Positions 14,249 through 25,826 of a DNA stretch of 64,000 nucleotides are shown here, one piece after another. Positions within the stretch are counted from its first letter, which is position 1. Every line of letters begins with the position of its first letter. Both the position numbers and the translations under genes were made by a program. The DNA is from an uncultured delta proteobacterium. Lineage in GTDB: Bacteria > Myxococcota_A > Polyangia > Fen-1088. Location: positions 1,344,001 through 1,408,000 of the forward strand of contig CAWCMR010000025.1 of assembly GCA_963796685.1 (NCBI GenBank), written 5' to 3'. The notes under the pieces are model-generated. The model was not told the origin of the DNA. It did not search any database and saw nothing but the letters and a program-made list of their open reading frames with translations.

Positions 14249-14426
14249 GGTCCGTGGCCGCGGGCCTAGTTCCGCCCGTAAGAAGAGCGGCCATGTTTAG
14301 GCCGCCGAGGCGCCAGGTCGGCGAGGCGCGACGAGGGCGCATACTGGACGTATGTAACCGAGGAGCAACGAAGCCGGGCGGGATGCATCGACGACCCAAA
14401 CATGGCTGAAATTCTGACGGGCGGAA

Positions 14427-15530
14427 CTAGAGCCGCATGGGCATGATGACGCCCTGGTAGTCCGTGCCATCGCAGGGCTTGACCAGCGCGGGGTCCAGGT
14501 CGCCGCCGAGCTCGATGCTGACCTCTTTGCCGCCCATCTCACCAAGCAGGTCGATGAAATACCTCGCATTGAAGCCAATCTGCAAAGCCGCGCCTTTGTA
14601 GTCCACGTCCACTTTTTCCTTGGCGTTCCCAAGATCAGGGTTGTCGGCCTCGATGGACAGACTTCCCTTTTCGAGCGAAAAGCGGATCCCCCACGTCTTG
14701 TCCGACGCGATGATCGACACGCGACGAAGCGCCTCCAAGAAGGGCTCGCGTTCGAGCACGACCTTCTTGTCGTTGTCCTTGGGGATCACCTGGTCGTAGG
14801 GAGGAAATTGCCCTTCCCCGAGCTTTACGGAAAGCACCATGTCGTCGGACTTGAGCACGAAGAAGCCTTGATCGACCCCTATTTCGCATTGCCCCTGGTT
14901 CCCTTCCAGGGCGCGCCGAATCTCGGAAAGGCCCTTTCTCGGCACAAGCCCACCCGCCGCAAGCTTGGGACCTCCCGGCATGGGCCGGGAGATCTTGGAC
15001 AAGCGATGGCCGTCGGTGGAAACCATGGTCGCTTTCTCGCCGTCGCTTTCGAAGAGCACGCTGGCCAAGTGGGGCCGGGTCTCGTCCTGAGAGACCGAAA
15101 GAATGGTCTTGCCGATCATCTCTCCCAGCAAGGTCGCTTCCACCTTGCTGCACGAAATCTCTTCCACGCTCGGCAGCTTGGGGAAGTCCCGGTCGCTCAT
15201 CCCGACCACCTTGAACTCCGTCCTTCCGCTCTCGATGTACAGCCAGTTCTGCTCCGTTCGCTGGAGTCGAACCTCGTCACCTCCGAGTCCCTTGACGATC
15301 TCGTAGAGCTGCCGCGCGCCCACCGTGATTCCACCCTCCTCCGCGATCTTCGCCACGCAGCTCACCAGCATCGCCACCTTCAGATCGGTGGCTGCGAAGA
15401 CAACCTTGTCCTTGCCACTGGCCCGAACCAGCACGTTGGCGAGGATCGGAATCGTATTTTTCCTATCCGCGATACCGTGGGTCAGGTAGAGGCCACGCAG
15501 CAGTTCGTTCTTACCAATCCGAAAGTCCAT
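14427..15530 (-). CDS. dnaN: DNA polymerase III beta clamp
   Basis: IPILANV, ATDL, STDGHRL, FPPYDQVIP, IGFNARY, VIMPMRL. Confidence 0.97.
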   Translation of the reverse strand: MDFRIGKNELLRGLYLTHGIADRKNTIPILANVLVRASGKDKVVFAATDLKVAMLVSCVAKIAEEGGITVGARQLYEIVKGLGGDEVRLQRTEQNWLYIESGRTEFKVVGMSDRDFPKLPSVEEISCSKVEATLLGEMIGKTILSVSQDETRPHLASVLFESDGEKATMVSTDGHRLSKISRPMPGGPKLAAGGLVPRKGLSEIRRALEGNQGQCEIGVDQGFFVLKSDDMVLSVKLGEGQFPPYDQVIPKDNDKKVVLEREPFLEALRRVSIIASDKTWGIRFSLEKGSLSIEADNPDLGNAKEKVDVDYKGAALQIGFNARYFIDLLGEMGGKEVSIELGGDLDPALVKPCDGTDYQGVIMPMRL

Positions 15531-15559
15531 CCGTTACCCTCTGGCTGGGGTTTTCATCC

Positions 15560-15790
15560 ATCAACACGGTCTTAGAATCTATAGGTTTTTGATCTACTTT
15601 GGGAGAAGTATTAGGGCCTGTGGTTTTGTGGATAACCTGGTTTCGCCGTCGGTGAGTCGATGCTTAGGTGTGGGGACAAAAAGCCTGGGACAAGGGGGTG
15701 AATTCCGGATAAGTCTGAAGACGCACCCATCAAGGGTGTGACCACATGGTTTCGGGGCGATGTATCCACAGGCTCTTCGAGGTGAGGATC
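15560..15790. other. Chromosomal replication origin oriC (dnaA-dnaN intergenic)
   Basis: Perfect DnaA box at 15627-15635 (TGTGGATAA), near-boxes at 15671-15679 and 15762-15770, adjacent GGCCC plus trio-like tract and AT-rich segment 15570-15612. Confidence 0.85.
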
Positions 15791-15905
15791 CCCGCTCTTC
15801 GGGCGAAGCGGCGCCCGGAACCCGGAGTGGAATCCAAGCCATGGCGAGCACGCAAACCCGTCCAGCGCGCCGCAGGAGTGGACCCAGCTCCCCGACAAGC
15901 GGGAG

Positions 15906-17297
15906 CTAGCGCTGGCGAAGACGGGTGGTCAGCGTCGACACCACGCTACGTAGACTGGCGTCCTCGGCCATCTTCTTTTCGATCTTCTTGACCGCGCTGA
16001 TGATGGTCGAGTGATCCTTACCACCGAAGCGGCTCCCGATCTCGGGATAGCTCATCGAGGTGAGATGGCGCGAGAGGTACATGGCGATCATGCGAGGATG
16101 GGCGACCGCGCGATGCCGCTTCGGACCCTTGAGGTCGTGGACCTTGACCTCGAAATACGACGAAACCTCGCGCTGGATCGATTCGACGCTGAGGCCGGTC
16201 GGGCCGGATGAGGCGAGCGTCTTCAAGATCTCCTCGGCGACTTCCTTGGTGATCGCGCAGCCGGAAAGCGAAGCACGCGCCGAAAGCTGAAGCAAGGCGC
16301 CTTCCAGCTCGCGCACGTTGGACCGAACGTGACTTGCCACCGTCAACGCGACATCGTCCGGCAGATCGAGATGGTCGATCTCGGCCTTGCGCTTGAGGAT
16401 GGCAATCCGAGTCTCGAGATCGGGATGGCCGATCTCGGTGATGAGACCCCAGGTGAAGCGGCTGCGCAGGCGCTCTTCGACGCCGGGCAACTCAGCCGGC
16501 AGCTTGTCGCAGGTGAGGACGATCTGCTTGTGCGTATGATGGAGCGCGTTGAAGGTATGGAAGAACTCGTCCTGGGAGCTGTCCTTGCCCGAGAGGAATT
16601 GAATATCGTCGACCAGGAGCACGTCGGGGGTTTCGCGGTAGCGTTCGCGGAACGCCTCCATCAGGTTCACGCCATTGCCATGACCGTTCCCGGACTGCCG
16701 GCGTTGGTTCAGCATCGAGCCGATGAAGCTCGACACGAACTGCTCGCAGGTCACGACCGTGATGTTCCATTCGGGGTGCTGGCGGTGAATCTCGTGTCCG
16801 ATGGCATGAAGCAAGTGCGTCTTGCCAAGCCCGACCCCACCGTAGATGAACAAGGGGTTGTACTTCGAGGCAGGTGCGTCGGCCACCATGCGCGCCGCCG
16901 CGTGGGCGAACTGGTTGGTTTGGCCGACCACGAACTTGTCGAAGGTGTACCTGCGGTCCAGCCCCTTTGGACAGGGCGAAGGCTCTCGCGGCGCGTCCAC
17001 GGATGGAGGCTCGGCCAATTCTACAGAGCCTTCCGGAGATCTTTCCTGGGCTGCAGTCTCTTCCACCACTTCGATATCCACCGAAAAGGTTGTCTTGGTG
17101 CGCTGCTCAAGGTCTGTGAGAATCGCGGGAAGGTAGTGGTCTTCGAACCATTCCTTCTGGTATCGATTGGGCGCACGCAGGCGAATGTGATTGCCTTCGA
17201 AGCCCACGACAGTGATGGGCCGCAGCCACTGATCTCGCTGCGTCGGCTTGACTCGCTCCTCGACCGATCGTACGGCTTCTCCCCAGAGTGCTAGCAT
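15906..17297 (-). CDS. dnaA: Chromosomal replication initiator DnaA
   Basis: YTFDKFVVG, YNPLFIYGGVGLGKTHL, LLVDDIQF, RLRSRF, NVRELEGAL, GGKDHSTI. Confidence 0.98.
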   Translation of the reverse strand: MLALWGEAVRSVEERVKPTQRDQWLRPITVVGFEGNHIRLRAPNRYQKEWFEDHYLPAILTDLEQRTKTTFSVDIEVVEETAAQERSPEGSVELAEPPSVDAPREPSPCPKGLDRRYTFDKFVVGQTNQFAHAAARMVADAPASKYNPLFIYGGVGLGKTHLLHAIGHEIHRQHPEWNITVVTCEQFVSSFIGSMLNQRRQSGNGHGNGVNLMEAFRERYRETPDVLLVDDIQFLSGKDSSQDEFFHTFNALHHTHKQIVLTCDKLPAELPGVEERLRSRFTWGLITEIGHPDLETRIAILKRKAEIDHLDLPDDVALTVASHVRSNVRELEGALLQLSARASLSGCAITKEVAEEILKTLASSGPTGLSVESIQREVSSYFEVKVHDLKGPKRHRAVAHPRMIAMYLSRHLTSMSYPEIGSRFGGKDHSTIISAVKKIEKKMAEDASLRSVVSTLTTRLRQR

Positions 17298-17300
17298 GTC

Positions 17301-17309
17301 TTATTCACA
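17301..17309 (+). promoter_or_regulatory. DnaA box just upstream of the dnaA start (autoregulation or split origin)
   Basis: TTATTCACA fits TTWTNCACA. Confidence 0.65.
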
Positions 17310-17950
17310 GCTATTGAGCGGACAAAAGTACAGCAAATACAGACATTTACACACACCAATCCCCAATTTGCCAACAGCGATACCTAAGCGCAATCCGGTC
17401 ATCCACGCATGGTCAAAACCGGAAGGCGCTGTCGGCGGGAGGCCTTTACTACCAACCAGGCGTGAGACCGGCAAGGCCAAAATCCACTCTTTGCCGAGGC
17501 CAAGGGGATCTGCGGAGATAGCCGATCATGGCTCGCAATGCACGCCCTTGCAGTCTGCCAGACAAGCAGAGGCAAACCGTTCAACTATTTGTGATCATTG
17601 GACAAACAACCTGCGATTCCGAACGTATTGACGTCCGCCCCGAATTCCACAGCCAAGCCCCATCCCAGCGCGCGCTAACCGCCATGCCATGGGCTTTGCA
17701 GCAGCTCGGTGACAAGAACGTGTCAATTTTCCGTCGGAGGTCTTGCGCGACTGTGACAACAGTCCCTGCAGTGCCGTCGGGCAGAAAGCAATCGATGCGC
17801 GCCATCGGTGTCTTCTCCGACGAGAAAACCATGTCGACCCTCGATCTTTCGCCGGAAATTGGGCCCATTGCGACGATCGATCGAGCGCAACTTCTAAAAA
17901 TCCCCGCGTCCACCCACCTACAAAAAGGCGATGCAAACGCGGACCGGTCG

Positions 17951-17979
17951 TTGACAGCGCCGATCTGGAATGTTAGTTC
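17951..17979 (+). promoter_or_regulatory. Putative sigma70 promoter of the rpmH operon
   Basis: TTGACA-N17-TAGTTC with a TGn extension. Confidence 0.5.
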
Positions 17980-18014
17980 TCCCTGCCCACACCGGGGAAA
18001 GACCGGAGGATCCA

Positions 18015-18164
18015 GTGAAGAGGACGTATCAGCCCCACCGAAGGAGCCGGAAACGCACGCACGGTTTCCGCAAGCGCATGAGCACCCCAGCGGGGCGCGA
18101 AATCATCAACCGTCGTCGCCGCAAGGGGCGCAAGAAGCTCACTGTCAGCGTTCCCAAGAAATAG
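18015..18164 (+). CDS. rpmH: 50S ribosomal protein L34
   Basis: [22 protein letters not shown]; GGAGGA RBS before the GTG. Confidence 0.97.
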   Translation: MKRTYQPHRRSRKRTHGFRKRMSTPAGREIINRRRRKGRKKLTVSVPKK

Positions 18165-18170
18165 GTTGAG

Positions 18171-18554
18171 GTGACCGATCGGCGCCTGCACCAAGGATTT
18201 GGCCGCAGCAAGCGACTCCGAAAACGGTCGGGCTTTCTTGCGGTGCAGCGGCGCGGACAGCGCTTTCCTGGCCGAAACCTCGTTCTCTATGCCATGACGC
18301 CGACCGCCGGAAAGTCCGCGAGCGACGCACGTCTTGGTATCACCGTGAGCAAGAAGGTTGGCAACGCGGTGGTACGTAATCGCATCAAGCGCTGGCTGCG
18401 CGAGAGTTATCGCCGTCTGTCCGAGCCACCGCCCGGAGGAACCGACCTGGTGGTCATCGCGAAGCCCGGCGTGGCCAAGATCAGCTATGACGCCACCGCG
18501 CAAGAGCTGCGTCGGCTCGTACTCTGCATCGCGAGGCCATGCGATCGCCGCTGA
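18171..18554 (+). CDS. rnpA: Ribonuclease P protein component
   Basis: [25 protein letters not shown]. Confidence 0.96.
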   Translation: MTDRRLHQGFGRSKRLRKRSGFLAVQRRGQRFPGRNLVLYAMTPTAGKSASDARLGITVSKKVGNAVVRNRIKRWLRESYRRLSEPPPGGTDLVVIAKPGVAKISYDATAQELRRLVLCIARPCDRR

Positions 18555-18817
18555 ATAGTCTCGATGCTCTCGGCAAAGCCCCTCTGACGGCGGCTCTGCG
18601 TGTGTATCGATCCGCCATTTCGCCCGCGCTCGGACCAGCCTGCCGGTTCGAGCCCACCTGTTCGGCGTATGCACAAGAGGCCATCGAACGATTCGGCGTG
18701 GTGAAGGGCAGCGCCCTGGCCTTGCGCAGGATCCTGCGCTGCCATCCCTTCGCACGAGGGGGACTGGATCCCGTTCCACCGCCTGCGCCGACAGACGTTC
18801 GCGCGCACTCGACCTAG
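18539..18817 (+). CDS. yidD: Membrane protein insertion efficiency factor YidD
   Basis: [31 protein letters not shown]. Confidence 0.95.
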   Translation: MRSPLNSLDALGKAPLTAALRVYRSAISPALGPACRFEPTCSAYAQEAIERFGVVKGSALALRRILRCHPFARGGLDPVPPPAPTDVRAHST

Positions 18818-18825
18818 GAGAGAAC

Positions 18826-20499
18826 ATGGACAAGCGGTTGCTTCTCGCGGTGGTTATCTCGATGGCGATCCTCTTCCTATGGATGAAGATCTTTCCGCCC
18901 ACAGCCCACGGCCCGCAGCCCACAGCTCCGGTCGTCAGCTCGTCTTCACAAGGGGTGGATTCCGGTGTTCCCGCCGCCAACCCCGGCCCAGCCCAAACTG
19001 GATCCACAGCCAAGGCCGCCCCGGCGCCCGCCGAGCGGCCAGCCGAAACCCTGGTCACCCTCGAATCGCCCGAGGCGAACTACGTGTTCTCATCGCGGGG
19101 CGCCTCGCTTCGTCAGATCAAGCTCAAGGATCGCCAGTTTCTGCTCGATCCCACGCGGCCCGAGTCGGGCATACAGATCGTCACGACCTCGACGGAAGAC
19201 ACGGCCCCGTTACGCACCACGTTCACCAAAGCGGACTTCGCATGGAACGAGCATATCCCCTGGTCGGTCCAACGACCTGCGGCCGGCGTCGTGGTCTTTC
19301 GTGCCGAGACGGACGATGTGGTGGTCGAGAAACGCTTCACCCTCGAAGCCCAGCGCTATCGCCTACAACTCTCGGTGACGGTGCAGAACAAGAGCCACAA
19401 GCCGCTCGACCATGGACTCGAGGTTCTTCTCTTCGCCGCCCAAGATCCCGCGAAGAAGGGCGGCGGTCTCTTCAGCTACGCCACGGCGAACCTTGCCGAA
19501 ATGGTGTGCTATGTGGGCGACAAAGCCAAGCGCGCAACCGTGGATGCCTTGCTCAAGGAGTCGAAGGACTACGTGGGTTCCGTACTCTGGGCGGCTGCCG
19601 GAGACAAGTACTTCACCATCGCGGCGGTTCCGTTTCCCGAGACGCCGTCGCGTGATCGCGGCTGCAAGGAACAAGCCATCGACGCGAGCACCGCCGAGGT
19701 CGCGCTCTCCTTCGCCACCCGTACCGTGGCGCCGGGCGAGAAGACCGAATACCCCTTCGTCGTCTTTGCAGGACCGAAGTACACGCACGATCTCGACGCG
19801 GTCAGGCCGGGCGGCGAGGACGCTCACCTCGCCGACGACGTGGATGTCACCTTCGCCATTCTTTCGCGTCCCATGCTGGGGTTGCTCAAGCAGTTCTACC
19901 GTCTGTCCGGCAACTGGGGCATCGCCATCATCCTGCTGACCATCTTCGTCCGCCTAGTCACCTTCTATCCGACCTACAAGACCTTGGTGTCGGCCAAGAA
20001 GATGCAGGGACTATCGGGGAAGATCGCGGATTTGCGAAAGAAATACGAGAACGACAAGCAGAAGCTCGGCGTCGAGACCATGAACCTGTACAAGGCGCAC
20101 GGGGTGTCGCCCTTCGGCGGCTGTCTGCCCAGCCTCATCCAGATGCCTATCTGGATCGCGCTGTTCTCGACCCTCAACTATTCCGTCGAGATCTACCACT
20201 CGTCCTTCTTCTGGTACATCACCGACCTGTCGGCCAAGGATCCCTACTACCTGACACCGCTGCTCATGGGCGCGGTCATGTTCCTGCAAATGCGCATGTC
20301 GCCGGCGGGAACCGATCCGCAGCAGCAGAAGATGATGTCGGTGATGATGCCGGTCATGTTCACCGGCTTCTCGCTCTTCTTGCCCGCCGGTCTTTCAATC
20401 TACACGCTGACCAGCTACTTCATCGGCATCCTGCAGCAGCTTTACGTCAATCGTAAGTTCCGCGCGGGCCGCACACCGGCGCTCGCGGTGAAGACCTAG
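18826..20499 (+). CDS. yidC: Membrane protein insertase YidC
   Basis: NWGIAIILLTI, GGCLP.LIQMPI, WYITDLSAKDPYY; canonical synteny. Confidence 0.96.
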   Translation: MDKRLLLAVVISMAILFLWMKIFPPTAHGPQPTAPVVSSSSQGVDSGVPAANPGPAQTGSTAKAAPAPAERPAETLVTLESPEANYVFSSRGASLRQIKLKDRQFLLDPTRPESGIQIVTTSTEDTAPLRTTFTKADFAWNEHIPWSVQRPAAGVVVFRAETDDVVVEKRFTLEAQRYRLQLSVTVQNKSHKPLDHGLEVLLFAAQDPAKKGGGLFSYATANLAEMVCYVGDKAKRATVDALLKESKDYVGSVLWAAAGDKYFTIAAVPFPETPSRDRGCKEQAIDASTAEVALSFATRTVAPGEKTEYPFVVFAGPKYTHDLDAVRPGGEDAHLADDVDVTFAILSRPMLGLLKQFYRLSGNWGIAIILLTIFVRLVTFYPTYKTLVSAKKMQGLSGKIADLRKKYENDKQKLGVETMNLYKAHGVSPFGGCLPSLIQMPIWIALFSTLNYSVEIYHSSFFWYITDLSAKDPYYLTPLLMGAVMFLQMRMSPAGTDPQQQKMMSVMMPVMFTGFSLFLPAGLSIYTLTSYFIGILQQLYVNRKFRAGRTPALAVKT

Positions 20500-20566
20500 G
20501 CCCGGTCGGGAAGGGGCTCTCGCAACGGAGCCCTCGCCGTGCAATCTTTCGCTCGAGTAAGCCGGT

Positions 20567-21199
20567 ATGCGCATTCGCCAGCACGTCAACCCGCTCCGCT
20601 CGGACTATTTGCAGATCCCGCTGGAGCCTCTCGTCCTGCCACCAGATCGCCCGATCGAGGTCGAGCTGGGCTCGGCGGAGGCGTTCTTCCTGATGGAGCG
20701 GGCGGCGGAAGAACCGAGCCGCCACTACGTCGGCGTGGAGATCCGCCGCGAGCTCGTGGCCCAGTCGAACGACCAGTGCAAGGGCAAGGGCCTCGATCAG
20801 GTGCGCAGCGTGTTCGCCAATGTCTCGGTTGATCTGCCGCGGTTGTTCCCCCCCGCCAGCGTGAGCCGTTTCCACATCAATTTCCCCGATCCCTGGTTCA
20901 AGCACCGCCAGCGCAAGCGGCGCGTCGTCGACGAGGACTTGGTCGGCCAGCTGGTGGAGCTGCTCGCGCCGGGTGGCGAAATCCACGTGGCCACCGACAT
21001 CTTCGACATCGCGCTCGACGCCATGACCATGCTGGAATGGGAGGCGCCCCGGCGCTTCGTCAATCTCCACGAACCGTGGAGCTTTCTGCGCAAGAGCCAT
21101 TTCGCCGCACGCTCTTTTCGCGAGCGCCTCTGCGAACGCGAAGGCATCCGCATCTGGCGCCTAGGCTATAGATTGAAATGGGAACCCTCGAAGGGTTAG
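20567..21199 (+). CDS. trmB: tRNA m7G46 methyltransferase TrmB
   Basis: RIRQHVNPL, EVELGS, GVEIR, INFPDPWFKHRQRKRR, ATD. Confidence 0.88.
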   Translation: MRIRQHVNPLRSDYLQIPLEPLVLPPDRPIEVELGSAEAFFLMERAAEEPSRHYVGVEIRRELVAQSNDQCKGKGLDQVRSVFANVSVDLPRLFPPASVSRFHINFPDPWFKHRQRKRRVVDEDLVGQLVELLAPGGEIHVATDIFDIALDAMTMLEWEAPRRFVNLHEPWSFLRKSHFAARSFRERLCEREGIRIWRLGYRLKWEPSKG

Positions 21200-21304
21200 C
21201 TGCGCACTCGGCACCTACACCCCCTACCCCTACCCCCTCGCTGCGCTCGGCCTCGCCAAACCCTCCCGCGCTCTGGCGCAGGCGGGCCAAGCCCTCCTGC
21301 GCCA
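21178..21304 (-). repeat. REP-like family A copy containing an empty intron target site
   Basis: Shares ATGGGAACCCT.GAAGGGTT, CTGCGCACTCGGCACC, CCTCGCCAAACCCTC and CCGCGCTCTGGC with the reverse complement of 37627-37801. Confidence 0.8.
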
Positions 21305-21324
21305 ACGCGATAATTGAAGCCTCC

Positions 21325-21390
21325 GACATTCGGATCCCGCATCCGAATGACCTCTTTCTCAGCGTCCTCCGTTTCCTCTGCGCTCTCTCT

Positions 21391-21392
<2 letters not shown>
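21325..21392. repeat. Family B repeat, partial
   Basis: Central CGGAT-cccgc-ATCCG followed by a pyrimidine-rich CTCTG-type arm, as at 24152, 43289 and 48737. Confidence 0.55.
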
Positions 21393-23391
<1,999 letters not shown>

Positions 23392-23446
23392 GCTGGAATC
23401 CCTGAATCGACGTTTGGCAGCGACTGTGACAGAACCTGGCACTGCC

Positions 23447-24094
23447 ATGACACTGCGGATTCAAGGCTACTACGCAATTTTGGACGTGCCGGGAACTTCG
23501 CTCGATTTGCCGCTGGAGATCCGTCACGCAAGCGAGCTTCTGGCGGCCGGGCCATGTTGCTTGCAGCTTCGGGCCAAGCAGCTCGGCCTTGCGGCGCTGT
23601 GCGAGCTCGGGCATGCCCTTCGGCCGCTGTGTAACCAGCATGGCGTTCCGCTGTGTGTGAACGATCGCTTGGATGTGGCCCTGGCGGTCGGAGCCGACGT
23701 CATCCACCTCGGACAGGGCGACTTGCCTTTGGCAGAAGCCGTGCGGGTGCGAAGCGCGGTGCGCGCGCCCGCACTCGCCATCGGCATCTCGACCCACGAC
23801 ATCGATCAGGCCAGGGCGGCGGTCGCCGGGGGGGCCGATCACATCGGCTTCGGTCCCGTATTCCAGACGCAAACCAAGCCCGACGCGGAGTCCGCGGTGG
23901 GGCTTTCCACCTTGCGCGAGGTCGCAGCCGCGATCCACGTTCCGGTGGTGGCCATCGGTGGCATCACGCTCGACAACGTGGCCGCCGTGGCGCGGGCCGG
24001 GGCCAGCGCCGCTGCCGCGATTGCCGCCGTCGACGGCGCCCCGGACCGAACAATGGCGGGCCGGCGAATCGCTTTGGCCTTTGCCGCCGCGTAG
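23447..24094 (+). CDS. thiE: Thiamine phosphate synthase
   Basis: [40 protein letters not shown]. Confidence 0.93.
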   Translation: MTLRIQGYYAILDVPGTSLDLPLEIRHASELLAAGPCCLQLRAKQLGLAALCELGHALRPLCNQHGVPLCVNDRLDVALAVGADVIHLGQGDLPLAEAVRVRSAVRAPALAIGISTHDIDQARAAVAGGADHIGFGPVFQTQTKPDAESAVGLSTLREVAAAIHVPVVAIGGITLDNVAAVARAGASAAAAIAAVDGAPDRTMAGRRIALAFAAA

Positions 24095-24107
24095 GCCGAA
24101 CAGACTC

Positions 24108-24356
24108 CTAGAGCACCGAACGGGTTGAAACCCGAGCAATTTCCGGATTCTAACCACAGAGGACACAGAGGACACAGAGACGGACGAGAAAGGAAGGGTT
24201 CGGATCGAGATCCGGAAACCACTTACTTCTCCGGGCCTCTGTGCCCTCTGTGTTCTCTGTGGTGAAAAAAGGCTTGTGCGCGCTCTGCACAGCGGCCTCG
24301 GCGGCGCCAGGCAATCCCTTGGATTCAGGAGGAATTCAACCCGTTCGGTGTTCTAG
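24108..24356. mobile_element. MITE with 22-bp terminal inverted repeats and CTAG ends, enclosing a family B repeat
   Basis: CTAGAGCACCGAACGGGTTGAA (24108-24129) and TTCAACCCGTTCGGTGTTCTAG (24335-24356), one mismatch; no transposase ORF. Confidence 0.75.
24152..24265. repeat. Family B inverted repeat (CACAGAG...CTCTGTG)
   Basis: ACCACAGAGGACACAGAGGACACAGAG ... CTCTGTGCCCTCTGTGTTCTCTGTGGT around CGGATCGAGATCCG. Confidence 0.85.
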
Positions 24357-25559
24357 GCCTTCACCGCGAGCACGAACTTGAGGTAGTTGCCCTCGGGGAA
24401 ACCGGGGTTGACGGGAAAATCCGCGGGCAGGCCGTGGCGTTCGATGATGCGCAGGTCGTGCCCGAAGGCAGCCGCACCCTCGGCGATGGCGCGGTCGACG
24501 TCGGCGGACGAAACCTTCGCCGCGTTGGTGGCGAAGGCGAGAAACCCGCCGGGCACCAGCACCGAAGCGGCTGTGCCGGCCAGCTGGCCAAGATCCGAGG
24601 TGGCGGAGAACGGTCGGCCCTGGCCGTGCGAAAAGGTTGGTGGATCGCACACCACCAGGTCGAACGTGCGCTTGCGATCGGCGAAGCGTTCCAGCGTCTT
24701 CATGGCGTCCGCGGTGATGAGCCTCTACGTGGCTCGCATCGAGCCCGGACAGCTCGTAGTTGCGGCGGGCGCGCGCGTGGGCTTTGGCCGAGGTGTCGAC
24801 GGCGACCACTTCCGTGGCGCCCGCCTTGGCTGCGCGCACGGAGAAGGCCCCGGTGTAGGAAAACAGGTTGAGCACCCGGCGCTCGGCGGCCCGGCTGGCG
24901 ACGGCATCGCGGCCAAGTCGCATGTCCGGGAAGAAGCCGACCCCGAGCGGCGCGGTCACGTCGACCGCGAAGCGGCAGCCGTCCTCCTCGACCAAGATCT
25001 CCAGGGGCGCCTCGTCGCCCGATACCTTGACCGCGGGTTCGGGTGCAGGCTGACCCGCGAGCGAACGCACGCGTTTCTGGTCGTAGATACCCCGCGGAGC
25101 CACGGAGGCGGTGATGGCCTCATAGAGCTCGTCCCGCCAGGGCAGGGCACCGGCCGAGAGCCACTGCACGACCACGAAGTCGCCGTAGCGGTCGACCGTC
25201 ACTCCGGGCAGTCCTTCGTTTTCACCCGAGAAGAGCCGCAGGGCGGTCGGGCGCTTGCTGCCCAGGACTTGCCAGCGCATGGTCACTGCGCGCTGGAATC
25301 GCGCGGCGATGACACCCGATCCTGGGTGTACCCGCTCGTCCGCATCACGGGTAACGATGCGGACCGCGATGGGGTGCTCTCCATCCACGAAGCCGCGCGC
25401 CAGAAACGTCCGGTTGTTGGCGACCAAATCCACCAGGCTTCCCGTAGCCTCGGTGATCTTGCGCGCGCCAAACGCCTCGCGAAAAACCCAGGGATGACCG
25501 AGCCTTACGCGTCTTGCCACATCATCGGGCAGGCGGTAGACGCCCTGGCGCAGCGACAT
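24353..25559 (-). CDS. RlmI/RlmK-like SAM-dependent rRNA methyltransferase, apparent +1 frameshift at ~24722
   Basis: PUA-like GHPWVF, EGLPGVTVDRYG, GFFPDMR, VLNLFSYTGAFS, then DLVVCDPPTF and YLK in another frame. Confidence 0.85.
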
Positions 25560-25826
25560 TCCAGCGCCGTGGCGCGAATCAGACTGCGATGGCTCCCGCC
25601 CTTGACGGCTTGAGGATGAGACACGACGCGTTGGACGGTGAGCTTGATTGGGCATGGGGTTATCGACCTGTAGCGACAGGGGAGCAACCTTAGTACGCGG
25701 CCGTCAAGTGTCAAACGTAGTGAGCCGTACGTCAGGGATTGACTTTGTAGCCCTCCGACAAGAAACTTCCCTTCTCCCACCTTGCCTCCACGTTTTCGCG
25801 GTGAGGCTGCAGAAAGGAATTACCCA

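Noticed and set aside
17528-18169. 213-aa ORF across the dnaA-rpmH spacer
   Set aside because: Overlaps rpmH out of frame, atypical codons, no recognisable domain.
23392-23446. TPP riboswitch before thiE (and FMN riboswitch before ribA)
   Set aside because: Leaders are too short and lack the conserved aptamer motifs.
24152-24265. Possible CRISPR array in the CACAGAG and other short repeats
   Set aside because: No constant repeat with unique spacers and no cas genes; these are inverted or tandem repeats.
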